Origin: an uncultured Nitrososphaerota archaeon
GTDB taxonomy: Archaea > Thermoproteota > Methanomethylicia > Culexarchaeales > Culexmicrobiaceae
Assembly (NCBI GenBank): GCA_964462875.1
Contig: CAYWZQ010000001.1
Coordinates: 132,910-196,909, forward strand
DNA: 64,000 bases
Direction: 5' to 3'
Shown here: in pieces, positions 37,343 to 47,802 of the stretch
Layout: every line of letters begins with the position of its first letter
Position numbering within the stretch: position 1 is the stretch's first letter
The notes under the pieces: generated by a model
The model's database searches: none
What the model was told of the DNA's origin: nothing
The model's input: only the letters and a program-made list of their open reading frames with translations
Program-made: the position numbers and the translations under genes

Positions 37343-37981
37343 CTAGGCCAGCTCACTGATCACCTTTGAAGATTCAAGCTCACTAAATATTTGTGGCAAA
37401 AACTCCCTAATCAACTCCTCCTTAACACCAATATTTAGCAAGCGCTCTCTAACTTCATCGAACCCTAAACCCCTCTTAACCCACTTAATGGTCAAGCTCT
37501 TTATGGTTTCATAAGGCTCCCACGGATATATTATCCAGGCATCAGTCTCAACCATATAGTAGTCTGGAACAAAGGTTGTCCAAGGCTTAACGTGGATGGT
37601 TGCAACCCTAATTTCAGCAGCCCCCTCCTCAATTAAGTGCTTAACAGCTGCAGTTAAGCTACTCCCAGTATCAGAGACATCATCAGACACCAAAACCCTC
37701 TTTCCCCTAACACTAGTTGAAACTGGCTGTGTTATGACTGGAGTTCTAGCAACTTCCGCTACATCCTTATAGAAGACAATTCTGATACTGGCAATTTCCG
37801 GCACTTCAAGTAAATCGGATAATAACCTCGCAACAATCCATCCTCCCCTAGCAATCCCCACAATAACCTCCGGCTTAAATCCACTAGCCCTAATTTTCTT
37901 GGCCAACCCTATGATTAGCATGTGAATTTCATCCCAACTTGGAACTATGAATTTCATTCGCTCCAAAGCCAACACCAGCAC
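37343..37981 (-). CDS. Type I phosphoribosyltransferase (purine PRT-like)
   Basis: GIARGG, VLVSDDVSDTGSSL and WIIYPWE motifs. Confidence 0.88.
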   Translation of the reverse strand: MLVLALERMKFIVPSWDEIHMLIIGLAKKIRASGFKPEVIVGIARGGWIVARLLSDLLEVPEIASIRIVFYKDVAEVARTPVITQPVSTSVRGKRVLVSDDVSDTGSSLTAAVKHLIEEGAAEIRVATIHVKPWTTFVPDYYMVETDAWIIYPWEPYETIKSLTIKWVKRGLGFDEVRERLLNIGVKEELIREFLPQIFSELESSKVISELA

Positions 37982-37990
37982 TAACCGTAT

Positions 37991-38671
37991 TCAAGAAGAG
38001 CTTTTAGAGCTTTCTATGAAATTATATCCCAGCTCAAATGCCCTCAAATTAGGTTCGATGTACCTTCTAGGGATAATCATTTGAATCGACTTGACCACTG
38101 CCTCGCGATTCACTATGTCTTTGAAGAGCGCTGAGAAGACACCTGCTAAAACCACGTTTACTGAGGCAGCTAGACCAGCTTTAAGAGCAAGCTCATAGGC
38201 ATCTAGAAAGCATGCTTTACTTGAAATTCTCTCTAGAAACTTCTTAACCTCATCTAGAGAGGGAAGAAGTTCTAAGCCGAGAACCGTTGATAATGGGGGT
38301 ATTGTGCGCTCATTAACTATGACAACCGTTTTACTTGAAATGTACCTTGAAGCCCTCAATGCCTCAACGTAGTCCAGCGATATCAGTGCATCCGCCGACC
38401 CAGCCTCGATTAAAGGACTATGAACATCACTACCGAACTTAACATAGCTTTGAACCACACCTCCCCTCTGACTCATACCCAAGGTCTCACCAACCCTGAC
38501 AGAGTAGCCCATTAAGATAGCTGACTGGGCAATTATTCGGGAGAGCGTAAGTACGCCTTGACCACCAACACCGCTAATTACTAAATTGAATCGAGTCACC
38601 AAGCTACACCACCTCAATAGCACCAACTGGACATGCATAAGCACAAACGCCGCAGCCAATACATAAATCAT
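37991..38671 (-). CDS. iorB: Indolepyruvate:ferredoxin oxidoreductase beta subunit; true start likely near 38599
   Basis: GVGGQG and GMSQRGG motifs. Confidence 0.92.
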   Translation of the reverse strand: MIYVLAAAFVLMHVQLVLLRWCSLVTRFNLVISGVGGQGVLTLSRIIAQSAILMGYSVRVGETLGMSQRGGVVQSYVKFGSDVHSPLIEAGSADALISLDYVEALRASRYISSKTVVIVNERTIPPLSTVLGLELLPSLDEVKKFLERISSKACFLDAYELALKAGLAASVNVVLAGVFSALFKDIVNREAVVKSIQMIIPRRYIEPNLRAFELGYNFIESSKSSS

Positions 38672-40454
38672 AATTGATTACTGGACCCTCAGCAGACCAT
38701 GCCATTGCTGGGCACCCTAAGCTTAGAATGCAGCTCTTACACTTAATACATCGATCATAATTCACCTTCACTTCATGAAGCTTGATACCTCTCCTTCTCG
38801 CAAGTAGAGCGCACTCCCTCCTCGACACTACGAAGAAGACACCATTCCTATTGCTCAAAGCCTCCTTAAACACTTTGATAGCTGCATCGACATCATATGG
38901 ATCTACAACTCTAACCTCCTTAACTCCAATGCCCTCAGCAACCTTGGCAATATCAATTTTCACGGCACTAGATCCATCAGCTCTCACAGCAACTCCCGGA
39001 TGAGGTTGATGGCCAGTCATGGCCGTAGTCTCATTATCTAAAACCACTACTACTACATTTAAATTGAAGTGAACCGCGTCTACTAGTGCAGGTAGACCTG
39101 CATGGAAAAACGTTGAGTCCCCAATTGTTGCAACAACGGGCTTTTCATAACCAGCATACTTCAACCCCATGGCCATGGAAATGCTGGCACCCATACAGTG
39201 CTCAGTCCATATGGCCTCGAGGGGTTTCTGAAGACTTAAAGCATAGCAACCTATATCCCCAAAAATGGGCACTTCATCTAGTTTATAGCCCAGCTCGCTA
39301 ATTGCCCTTTTAAGAGCATAATACGTAGCCCTATGGGGGCAGCCGGGACACATTGGAGGAGGCCTCGATGGAACAGAGGCCTTCTCAACCTGAGCTAAAG
39401 AGTACTCAGCATCCGAGAATTCTGCTAGGGCACGCTTAACGATCTCAATATTCAGCTCACCTTCCCTCGGTATGGGCATTCCACTCATTTTACCATGCAC
39501 TTCAATTCCGCTAAGCTTAGATGTGGTGAGCAAAGCTCTTAATCTCATTTCAATAAACGGCTCAAGCTCCTCAACAATTAGAACTTTTCTGGATGATTCC
39601 AGCTCATTAAGGAGTGTTTTATATGGTAAAGGATTTGTAATTCCAAGCTTCAGAACCTTGACGCCATTCAAGTGCATCTCCTCAATTGCCTCAATAACGT
39701 ACGTATAGGATACTCCTGATGTAACTACTAATTTCTCTCCTTCACCTATAACCTTGTTCAATGGGCATTCTTCAGCATAGAGCTCCGCAATCCTCATTTG
39801 CTCATTCAACCACTTATGCCTAATCAAGTTCCATTTCATTGAAGCACGCACATATCTTGGTAGGTCTCTTGGAAATCTCGGACTCCTAGTAATTTTCTTA
39901 ACTTCACCTAGTACAACGTCACCGGATGTGTGATTGACTCTTGTAGTCGTCCTTAATATTACTGGTAAGTGAATTTTCTCTGAGAGATCAAAAGCCCATA
40001 CTACACCGTCCTTAGCTTCCTGCGGATCTGATGGCTCGATCATTGGTAGGTTGGTTAGTAGAGCATAGAAGCGGCTATCCTGCTCAGTCTGGGTTGTATG
40101 GGGACCTGGATCATCGGCTATTAAGACCACCATTCCCCCATTAACACCACAATAGGCCGCTGACATGAGTGCATCGGAAGCCACATTGACACCTGGAGCC
40201 TTCATCGTCACCAAAGACCTTAAGCCGGCGGAGGAAGCTGCTAAGGCAACTTCAAAAGCTACCTTCTCATTAGCAAACCAATCAACTCTAATGCCAAGTT
40301 CACTAGCAACTTCAGAGAGAGCCATTATAACCTCAGATGAAGGAGTCCCCGGATAACCAGTAACAACATGAACTCCGGCCTCAATTGCCCCTCTGGCAAT
40401 AGCTTCATTTCCCATTAGAAGCACACGTGAACCAGGTTCACCGAGAAGCCTCAA
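38604..40454 (-). CDS. iorA: Indolepyruvate:ferredoxin oxidoreductase alpha subunit
   Basis: GNEAIARG, GYPGTPS, CPGCPH, GDIGCY, GDSTFFH and a C-terminal ferredoxin domain. Confidence 0.95.
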   Translation of the reverse strand: MRLLGEPGSRVLLMGNEAIARGAIEAGVHVVTGYPGTPSSEVIMALSEVASELGIRVDWFANEKVAFEVALAASSAGLRSLVTMKAPGVNVASDALMSAAYCGVNGGMVVLIADDPGPHTTQTEQDSRFYALLTNLPMIEPSDPQEAKDGVVWAFDLSEKIHLPVILRTTTRVNHTSGDVVLGEVKKITRSPRFPRDLPRYVRASMKWNLIRHKWLNEQMRIAELYAEECPLNKVIGEGEKLVVTSGVSYTYVIEAIEEMHLNGVKVLKLGITNPLPYKTLLNELESSRKVLIVEELEPFIEMRLRALLTTSKLSGIEVHGKMSGMPIPREGELNIEIVKRALAEFSDAEYSLAQVEKASVPSRPPPMCPGCPHRATYYALKRAISELGYKLDEVPIFGDIGCYALSLQKPLEAIWTEHCMGASISMAMGLKYAGYEKPVVATIGDSTFFHAGLPALVDAVHFNLNVVVVVLDNETTAMTGHQPHPGVAVRADGSSAVKIDIAKVAEGIGVKEVRVVDPYDVDAAIKVFKEALSNRNGVFFVVSRRECALLARRRGIKLHEVKVNYDRCIKCKSCILSLGCPAMAWSAEGPVINYDLCIGCGVCAYACPVGAIEVV

Positions 40455-40474
40455 GATTCAACCTCCATTAAATT

Positions 40475-41875
40475 CTAGCTTCCAAATTTAAACTTAATTC
40501 TACCATACTCTAAAAGAGCTTTCAGTATTTTAGCCGCGATCCTAGTTGACTGAACATGAAAAATACCATTTCTATCGAGCACCTTAATGCCATCCTCAAC
40601 AACATCCCCATATAAGAAACAGGCAATCAATGGTTTTGCTGGATTAGCAGAATAGGCATCACACACAGCCTTTGCAACTTCAATTGAACTCTTAAAGCTT
40701 GGAGGAACAAATATCACTAGAACACCATCATACTCATCTGACATCAAAATTACATCCAGTACTCTGCGATACCACTCGTAATTGGCAACTGCAGTTAAGT
40801 CTATTGGATTTCTAATGGAGCAATAGCTTGGCAGAATACTCCTCAGCTTTGACATCAGCTCGCCTGATGGCTCCGGCACACTCAATCCAAGCTCCTCACA
40901 CTCATCAGTTGCCAGCACTGCTGGACCGCCGGAATTCGTTACTATTGCAATTCTCCTCCCCCTAAGTATTGGAAGCTGGGACAGGGCTTTACATGAAAAG
41001 AAGAGCTCGTCAATAGTTGAAACCTGAATTATTCCTGCCTGCTTGAAAGCGGCGTCATATATTGCTTGAGAAGTAGAAATCTTACCCGTATGCGACTGCG
41101 CAGCTCTCGCCCCAGCACTCGACCTACCAGCTTTAAGTGCTACAATAGGTTTTTTCGGCGAAATTTTCTTAGCCACTCTAATTAGATCCCGACCCCTCCT
41201 AACAACCTCAACATACATTGCTATAACCTTGGTCTCATCATCCAATCCCAAGTACTCGAGAACTTCAACCTCATCCACATCACAGGAGTTTCCGCAACTT
41301 ATGAACTTGCTAAATCCAACATTAAAAGCCCTAGCATAAGCAAATAGAACACCACCAACAGCTCCACTCTGAGAAATTAGGGAGATAGGCCCCCTAGAAA
41401 CCCTGTACTCGAGGCAGGCATGAAGATTAACAGACGAATTTATTACACCAGCACTATTTGGCCCAATAACTCTAATTCCACCCCTCCTAGCAACTTCAAC
41501 TACCTGCTTCTCAAGCTCGTAATTGCCGATCTCACTAAAACCCGCAGAAATAATTACAGCACCTCTAACACCCCTCTCAGCACACTCACTCAGCACTTGG
41601 GGCACAACCCTAGCTGGAGTACATATTACAGCTAGCTCCGGTGTCGATGGAACCTCAAGCACTGAAGTATAGACTTTAAGACCGAGAATTTCACCACCCT
41701 TCGGATTCACCGGGTAAATACGGCCTTTGAAGCCAGCCACGATCATATTCCTCAACACTTCATACCCTATCTTGCCGGGCTCACTTGAAGCACCTATTAC
41801 AGCAACACTACTTGGTTTGAGAAAACCCTCAAGCTCATGTGAACTATTCCTCAAAAGACACCTCCACCCCCTCAA
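40475..41875 (-). CDS. acdA: Acyl-CoA synthetase (ADP-forming) alpha subunit
   Basis: VAVIGAS, GPNSAG, SQSGA, SHTG (phospho-His), TNSGG and NPIDL motifs. Confidence 0.9.
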   Translation of the reverse strand: MRGWRCLLRNSSHELEGFLKPSSVAVIGASSEPGKIGYEVLRNMIVAGFKGRIYPVNPKGGEILGLKVYTSVLEVPSTPELAVICTPARVVPQVLSECAERGVRGAVIISAGFSEIGNYELEKQVVEVARRGGIRVIGPNSAGVINSSVNLHACLEYRVSRGPISLISQSGAVGGVLFAYARAFNVGFSKFISCGNSCDVDEVEVLEYLGLDDETKVIAMYVEVVRRGRDLIRVAKKISPKKPIVALKAGRSSAGARAAQSHTGKISTSQAIYDAAFKQAGIIQVSTIDELFFSCKALSQLPILRGRRIAIVTNSGGPAVLATDECEELGLSVPEPSGELMSKLRSILPSYCSIRNPIDLTAVANYEWYRRVLDVILMSDEYDGVLVIFVPPSFKSSIEVAKAVCDAYSANPAKPLIACFLYGDVVEDGIKVLDRNGIFHVQSTRIAAKILKALLEYGRIKFKFGS

Positions 41876-42201
41876 CCGCCATGCACTGTTGGTAGCAAAA
41901 CTACAGTATCCCCGTCACGAACCACCGTATCCAAGCCGTCAAGAGCAGAAATCTCCACATCATTTACGAGCACGAGAATATCTGATTGAAGCTCCATAGA
42001 GCCCTGCTTGAAAAGCCTCTCCATAAGCTTATCGCTCGAAACTTCATGAAGCTTGCTAAGCACATCACGCACAGTTAATCCATCACCATCAACACTAATC
42101 TCAATTACATCTCTACCTGCAAGCCTACCTAGTGTTGCAATCAGCTTCACTTTAATAGCTGCCATCTCAGACACCTTCAAAAACGTACAGGTACTCTTCA
42201 T
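41872..42201 (-). CDS. MoaD/SAMP/Urm1-like ubiquitin-fold protein
   Basis: ILVLVND and GDTVVLLPTVHGG with a C-terminal di-glycine. Confidence 0.9.
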   Translation of the reverse strand: MKSTCTFLKVSEMAAIKVKLIATLGRLAGRDVIEISVDGDGLTVRDVLSKLHEVSSDKLMERLFKQGSMELQSDILVLVNDVEISALDGLDTVVRDGDTVVLLPTVHGG

Positions 42202-43006
42202 ACCTCCTACCCTTAAATACTTGAGGTGGAAGCAGTCTACCCCTTCTAGCCCTAACCAGCCTTAGAAAGAGCTCATTTGCCTCCTCGCAGTCATTGAGCA
42301 TAAGCATCCTTAGCGGAACATTAAGGGAGAGGGGTCTAAATGGAATGACGTGCCTAGTTGACTTATGTGGAAACACGCTACCTGAAAGAGCCACTCTAAC
42401 CACTTGATCCTTTGAAATCAGTGGTAAACCTATAACTGCAGTGCACTCACCCATATTCAGCTTAACAAGTGCATCCCCTTCAACCTCATATCCAATGTTA
42501 AAGCCCAGCTTCTTAAGCTCATGCTCAAGCGCTTTCATCTTCAAATGGGAATCGTAAACGCCGCTCGACTCTACTTCAACAATCTCATCCATAAGAAATA
42601 TTGCTGGAAGCCTCACCGACTCCAAGCTACTTGGTCTAGACCTAATTTGAAACTTGAAGTTAAGGTTCTTAAGGACATCATAAATGAGGGATACATCACC
42701 CTTAACAGTTCTCCACCAAGTATTCACTGCAACCCTCGGATCACTATAGTCAATGAAGCAGACAGCTATGAGCTTACAGCCAATAGCCTTGAGAGCCTCT
42801 ATTCTATGCATTCCATCAAGTACAACCATGCTATTCTCATCAACAATCACTGGATCCCTCTGAACACCCTCACGCTTAATCTGCTCAATAAGCTTTTCAA
42901 GTAATTCAGGCACGACCTCCTCATGTATATGCAGGTTTTCCAGCTTCTCGAGCTTCAGCCTCACCCTGAAATTTAATTGGCATAGCTCGTAGAAGCTCGA
43001 TGACAA
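42167..43006 (-). CDS. ParB/Srx-domain protein, possibly a SerK-like free serine kinase
   Basis: LHIHEE, PVIVD, VLDGMHR and FPHKSTRH motifs. Confidence 0.6.
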   Translation of the reverse strand: MSSSFYELCQLNFRVRLKLEKLENLHIHEEVVPELLEKLIEQIKREGVQRDPVIVDENSMVVLDGMHRIEALKAIGCKLIAVCFIDYSDPRVAVNTWWRTVKGDVSLIYDVLKNLNFKFQIRSRPSSLESVRLPAIFLMDEIVEVESSGVYDSHLKMKALEHELKKLGFNIGYEVEGDALVKLNMGECTAVIGLPLISKDQVVRVALSGSVFPHKSTRHVIPFRPLSLNVPLRMLMLNDCEEANELFLRLVRARRGRLLPPQVFKGRRYEEYLYVFEGV

Positions 43007-43024
43007 GTACTCACCTCGCTAAAC

Positions 43025-44281
43025 TTGGTCAGTGGAGGTACATTACTTCATCAAGCTCAGCGCAGGCCAGTATCATCATCCCCAACTTTAATTTACAGCA
43101 ACTCACTTAAAAACGTGGGGCTCAAATTGAATTTCAAAAATGCCCTTCTGAAGAAAATACTCATGAAAAGCGAATTGGAGCAGAGACTTCCAATTCAATC
43201 CCTAAGAAAGGCTCGCAGCGATGGGCATGCCAGGAGGAGGCCGAGGCCATGTGGCTTAACAATTCATTCAGCCATTGGATGCCCAAATAAATGCCTATAC
43301 TGCTATATTCAGGATATGGGCTTCGACTTCATAGAGGCAAGACCATATGGACTCACAGGTGAAGAACTCGCATATGCGCTCATCCTCAACCCCTACTTCG
43401 TGCCGGGGATATGGGGAACCTTTCTCGCATTTGGAAGCATAGCCGACCCATTCAATAAAAATGTGATCGAAAAAACCCTCGAGTACTTCAATGCAATTGA
43501 AAAGCTTGGAAATCCATGCCAATTCTCAACCAAGGCATATATAAGGCCGGAAACAATTAAGAGGCTGAGCAGTATAAGGCTCCCCATAAACCCTCTCATA
43601 ACAATAGTAACTATAAAGAGAGCAAATAAACTTGAACCCAATGCACCAACAGTTGAAAGTAGATTGAAAACCATTAAAAACCTCAAAAGTGCAGGATTTA
43701 AGCCGATGCTATTTCTCAGACCAATAATACCTGGCGTAAATGATGATGAATTCGATGAAATATTTAAGGAGGCTAAGAGAGCTGGAGCAGTGGGAGCAGT
43801 AATTGGAGGATTCAGAGTAACTAAGAGAATAATTGAAAGACTTCAAAGAGCTGGATTTGACATTAAACAAATAATTAAGAGGAAGCCCAAGAAAGCAGTA
43901 TTGAGTGAAGAGCAAATTCCAATAAAAATCTCCGATCTTAAAAGGAAGGCAATTCACCAAGCAAAAAGGAGAGGCTTAATAGCATTCGCATCTGCATGTT
44001 GCGCAAATGCATATAACGCGGGAGTACCATGCCCAAATCTCTGCTGGTTAAAGGGGCAATGCACTAACTGCCCAAATAAATGTGCAGATAAAGTACCCAG
44101 CATAAGTGAAAGTGAAGTAGCCGATCTAATAAAAATGCTAACTAAAAGAAAAATTGAAGATGCTTCAGTTGAGGACTCCAAAGTAACTGTTAAGATTGGA
44201 TTCAAGATGAGCAGGAGGGAAATGGAGACTATAAAGTACGTGATACAGCTATTCACTAGGAGGAGAGTGCTTATGAGATGA
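43025..44281 (+). CDS. Radical SAM protein (SplB/COG1533-like); start probably downstream of 43025
   Basis: GCPNKCLYCY motif, FSTK, LEPNAP, RPIIPGVND; extra Cys cluster near the C-terminus. Confidence 0.85.
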   Translation: MVSGGTLLHQAQRRPVSSSPTLIYSNSLKNVGLKLNFKNALLKKILMKSELEQRLPIQSLRKARSDGHARRRPRPCGLTIHSAIGCPNKCLYCYIQDMGFDFIEARPYGLTGEELAYALILNPYFVPGIWGTFLAFGSIADPFNKNVIEKTLEYFNAIEKLGNPCQFSTKAYIRPETIKRLSSIRLPINPLITIVTIKRANKLEPNAPTVESRLKTIKNLKSAGFKPMLFLRPIIPGVNDDEFDEIFKEAKRAGAVGAVIGGFRVTKRIIERLQRAGFDIKQIIKRKPKKAVLSEEQIPIKISDLKRKAIHQAKRRGLIAFASACCANAYNAGVPCPNLCWLKGQCTNCPNKCADKVPSISESEVADLIKMLTKRKIEDASVEDSKVTVKIGFKMSRREMETIKYVIQLFTRRRVLMR

Positions 44282-44553
44282 GGAAGTTGAGAATAGAAGT
44301 TAGCGGAGATCCTGAAAATTACGCATGCATAACAGCTTACCTATGGCTTCTCGAACTTACACAAATAATAGCAGATGAATTTAATACTGAAGTAGAAGTA
44401 GAATGGAGTAAGCAAGTATATCAATTTGAGCCAACAATTCTAATTAACGGTGAAGTAGTATTTGAGGGGCTTCCAAGCGAAGCAGGATACCTCTATGAAG
44501 CCATAAAGGCATTTTTAGAGAAGAAGCTGAAAAGCCAAACCACCAACTACTAA
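44278..44553 (+). CDS. Small thioredoxin-like protein
   Basis: [19 protein letters not shown]-coupled to the radical SAM gene. Confidence 0.55.
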   Translation: MRKLRIEVSGDPENYACITAYLWLLELTQIIADEFNTEVEVEWSKQVYQFEPTILINGEVVFEGLPSEAGYLYEAIKAFLEKKLKSQTTNY

Positions 44554-44804
44554 TCCTCACTTTCACCCGATTCTTCAAGCTCCTCTCGAGCCTTAGCCTG
44601 CCTCACTCTCATTTTAACCAGCCGAGTAATGTATCCAGCAACCCTATTCCTAAACCTCTTAGAAGCAATATCAGTTAGCTCGGCCACAAGCCTCTTATTA
44701 GCCTCAAAATCTAAAGTGAACTTATCAGGGTATTTTTCAAGCAGCTCTCGAGCAAGCCTCTTAACAGCACTAGGTCTCACCTTCCCCATGATCGTACCCC
44801 GCAA
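44550..44804 (-). CDS. rps17e: 30S ribosomal protein eS17
   Basis: MGKVRP, DFEANK and RNRVAGYIT motifs. Confidence 0.95.
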   Translation of the reverse strand: MRGTIMGKVRPSAVKRLARELLEKYPDKFTLDFEANKRLVAELTDIASKRFRNRVAGYITRLVKMRVRQAKAREELEESGESED

Positions 44805-44910
44805 CTATAATCGACATTCAAACAGAGATTTAAATACTTCGCCGTGATTCAAGAACACCATGCGAAGGTATTTAACCGAAAAATAAAAAATAATTTTTGG
44901 GTGTCAAGCG

Positions 44911-45141
44911 GTGCCTGAACTCCCTTTAGCACCCGTTGATAGACTAATAAGAAAAGCTGGCGCTTATAGAGTTAGCGAAAAGGCTGCTCAAGCTCTAAGA
45001 GAAATTCTCGAGGAAATAGCTATTGAAATTTCCAGAGAGGCGATTGAACTCGCAAATCACGCTAATAGAAGAACCGTTACAGATGAGGATATTAAGCTCG
45101 CAGCGAAAAGAATTCTGAGACTAATGAGATATACTATGTAA
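44911..45141 (+). CDS. Archaeal histone (HMf family)
   Basis: ELPLAPVDRLIRKAGAYRVS and AIELANHANRRTVTDEDIKLA. Confidence 0.95.
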   Translation: MPELPLAPVDRLIRKAGAYRVSEKAAQALREILEEIAIEISREAIELANHANRRTVTDEDIKLAAKRILRLMRYTM

Positions 45142-45227
45142 ATTTTCACTAAGCCAACAACACTTAATAAGCTCTCTAGCAGAATTAAATAGAGCAGGCT
45201 AGAGCATAAACCGTAAGGTGATTAGCC

Positions 45228-45467
45228 ATGGAAATCGAAGTACCCGAAGCCAAAGTCAAACCACCAATGCTCGTTAAATACGGCAAAGTCGTTAAGCCAT
45301 GGAGGAGGGGTAGGGGATTCAGCATAGGCGAACTCAGACAGGCAGGCATCTCAATTAGCGAAGCAAGAAAACTGGGAATTAGAATCGATAAGAGAAGGAA
45401 AAGCATACATGAAGAAAACGTTCAAGCCCTAAAAGAATTCCTAGCGAAATGGGGAAATAAAAAATAG
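45228..45467 (+). CDS. rpl13e: 50S ribosomal protein eL13
   Basis: RRGRGFSIGELRQAG and IDKRRKSIHEENV motifs. Confidence 0.93.
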   Translation: MEIEVPEAKVKPPMLVKYGKVVKPWRRGRGFSIGELRQAGISISEARKLGIRIDKRRKSIHEENVQALKEFLAKWGNKK

Positions 45468-45492
45468 ATTCCAAACAAAGAACTATGTGAAA

Positions 45493-45604
45493 GCCGGGGT
45501 AGCCTAGTGGTAAGGCGCAGGCCTCGAGATCAAAAAGATAATGGGGCTAGAAAGCCTGTGCCCGCTCAGCGGGCTCGCGGGTTCGAATCCCGCCCCCGGC
45601 GCCA
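45493..45604 (+). tRNA. tRNA-Ser(CGA) with a 24-nt canonical intron (45529-45552)
   Basis: GCCGGGG/CCCCGGC acceptor stem, CAGGC/GCCTG anticodon stem, long variable arm, G discriminator, CCA. Confidence 0.92.
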
Positions 45605-45611
45605 CTCCAAT

Positions 45612-46357
45612 TCAAGTTAAATTTCCACAAGTACAGAGAGCTTCATGCACCAAGCTATACAAGTCATCCATACCAACTTCCAGTCTTAGCTGACACTAAA
45701 ACAATTCTAGATGCCTGGGAGAGCCTCCTAACAATACTACTGCAACTCAAGGCTAAGTCGACAAAAGCACTACTTTCAACCCTAATCTTTCTCCTCAAAT
45801 ACTTATAGTTGCTTAACAGTCTAACTGATTTGCCCCTGAACGTTCAATTAAATAAGCTTTATTTACCACAGTGACCATTGAAACCTCAATTGCGCAGCAA
45901 CTGCAAGCATGATGGCAACCACTAGCCCAGATAGAGAAATAGTTAATAGCGGATCTACTATGAAAACTGACACAGCTAAATCAACTGAGCTGAGCTTCTT
46001 CACAATTTTAGGTCCGAAGGACCTGAACACGAATATCTCCATCTGACTGAGAGCATCAATTAGAACATAATCCATATTTTCCCTCTCAATTCAGTTCAAT
46101 AACTCATCTACATGATCTCCAATGAGCTTCGAAGCCCGAATCATGGCGCCATTAGGCCCCAATCCCCCCTATCCATTAAATCTTGAGTAGTAAAAAATTC
46201 CTGATATCGAAGTCAGGTTTATATGGAGTGTACCTGCAACCTGGTCAAGACTTACATAGCCAATTTGGGATCCAGTGCTTGAAGATAATCATTCACAGAA
46301 AGCCTTCGTTAACAATGACTTCCCAATTCCAGCTGTGCCAATGAAAACCACTAGCAT
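45612..46357 (-). pseudogene. GPN-loop GTPase pseudogene
   Basis: MLVVFIGTAGIGKS...FCE* (stop); frameshifted pieces PDFDIR, GLGPNGAM and YVLID...QME; ends HEALCTCGNLT*. Confidence 0.85.
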
Positions 46358-46422
46358 AAAGCTTCACCCTCCAATACTGGTACCCTATAGAAGCATCAAG
46401 CTCAACAGTTAACTCTTTCCAT

Positions 46423-47802
46423 TTAAGTCTTCAATTCAATAAGCTTGCTTTTCAACTCCTCAATAACCTCGTAATAGTACTTAGAGTTCCTTAGACAGCC
46501 TGGATCTGGCCCATGGATATCCCCGAGGTATGCGAGAGCCCTCGCCCTACAGCCTCCACACACATTTTTGAAATTGCAGTTTCCACATGAACCCTTCAAT
46601 GAGCTTCTATCCCTCAAAGCTTTAAACACTTTACTGTTATTCCATATATCCGCGAAGTGCTGTTTCCTAAGATTACCAACAACTAAGTCAGGCATGAACA
46701 CGCATGGAACTACATCACCATTAGGTTGAATTGCACAATACATTCTACCAGCACCGCATCCACCTATGAACTCGGCGATCGTCTTTATGTAATTCGAAAA
46801 TGAAGTGGATCCTACATAAAAGTGCGATACAGCAGTAAATTTCCCCTCGGAAACTTCAAGCATCACTCTAGCATACTGTGGAGCAGTACAGACGACTTCA
46901 ATACCGCCCTCGATTGCGAGCCTCGAAAGCTCTTCTAGGAAAAGCTCTCGCTCCTCAGGACTTAAATCCAAATCGAGAATTTCGCGGCCTCTCCCAACTG
47001 GTATGAAGTTGAATGCAATAAACCTATTAGCACCCAGCTTCTTGGCCAACTCCACTATCCTCGGAATTTCATGAACATTAATCTTCGTGACAGTAGTTGC
47101 AATACATGTAAACAATCCCTCCTCAACGCAATTCCTTACACCCTCAATTGCAGCCTTAAATGCCCCAGGAACACCCCTAAAGCTATCGTGAACTCTTGGA
47201 TCAGCTGAATCCAGGCTTATTTCAACATATTTCACACCTGCCTCCTTAAGCTCCCTCACCACACTCCTAGTTAGAAGAGTTCCATTAGTTGCAAGTGCAA
47301 CATAAATTCCCCTCCTCGAAGCTTCATGGGCAACCCTCAATAAGTGATCTTTAACGACAAGAGGCTCCCCACCAGAGAAGGCTAAGGAAGCTATTCCCAC
47401 CTCATCCAGCTCCTCAACAACTTGAAGCTTCTCCTCCAACGTCAACTCATCACTTGAAGGCTTACCTGCACTTTGATAGCAGTGCTTACACTTTAAATTG
47501 CAAGCATTGGTGAAATTCCAGACAACAAGGAATGGAGCAAGTAAAATTTGAGGCTTAACGAGGCCAAACTCGCTTATACTGGCAAGAACATTCATTAAAC
47601 CCCTCCTAACATTGGGATCCCTCAAATACTTCTTCATCTTACTGGCCTCAACGTTAAATGCTCTAAGAGCCAAGTCAATTATTGCTGAAATCATGAAAGA
47701 ATAGAATCTGCAGGAGATCGACTTAGGCTTAGACAGGCCAGCATAGATCATTAGTGCATGCTCCAACCTTCGATAGCCACCACAAGAAGCGGACCTAGAC
47801 AT
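46423..47802 (-). CDS. Radical SAM/SPASM protein; probable true start 47878 is out of frame at a T7 tract
   Basis: CNLKCKHC, FSGGEP, GCGAG and SPASM CGNC...CGGCRARA...DPGC motifs. Confidence 0.9.
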   Translation of the reverse strand: MSRSASCGGYRRLEHALMIYAGLSKPKSISCRFYSFMISAIIDLALRAFNVEASKMKKYLRDPNVRRGLMNVLASISEFGLVKPQILLAPFLVVWNFTNACNLKCKHCYQSAGKPSSDELTLEEKLQVVEELDEVGIASLAFSGGEPLVVKDHLLRVAHEASRRGIYVALATNGTLLTRSVVRELKEAGVKYVEISLDSADPRVHDSFRGVPGAFKAAIEGVRNCVEEGLFTCIATTVTKINVHEIPRIVELAKKLGANRFIAFNFIPVGRGREILDLDLSPEERELFLEELSRLAIEGGIEVVCTAPQYARVMLEVSEGKFTAVSHFYVGSTSFSNYIKTIAEFIGGCGAGRMYCAIQPNGDVVPCVFMPDLVVGNLRKQHFADIWNNSKVFKALRDRSSLKGSCGNCNFKNVCGGCRARALAYLGDIHGPDPGCLRNSKYYYEVIEELKSKLIELKT

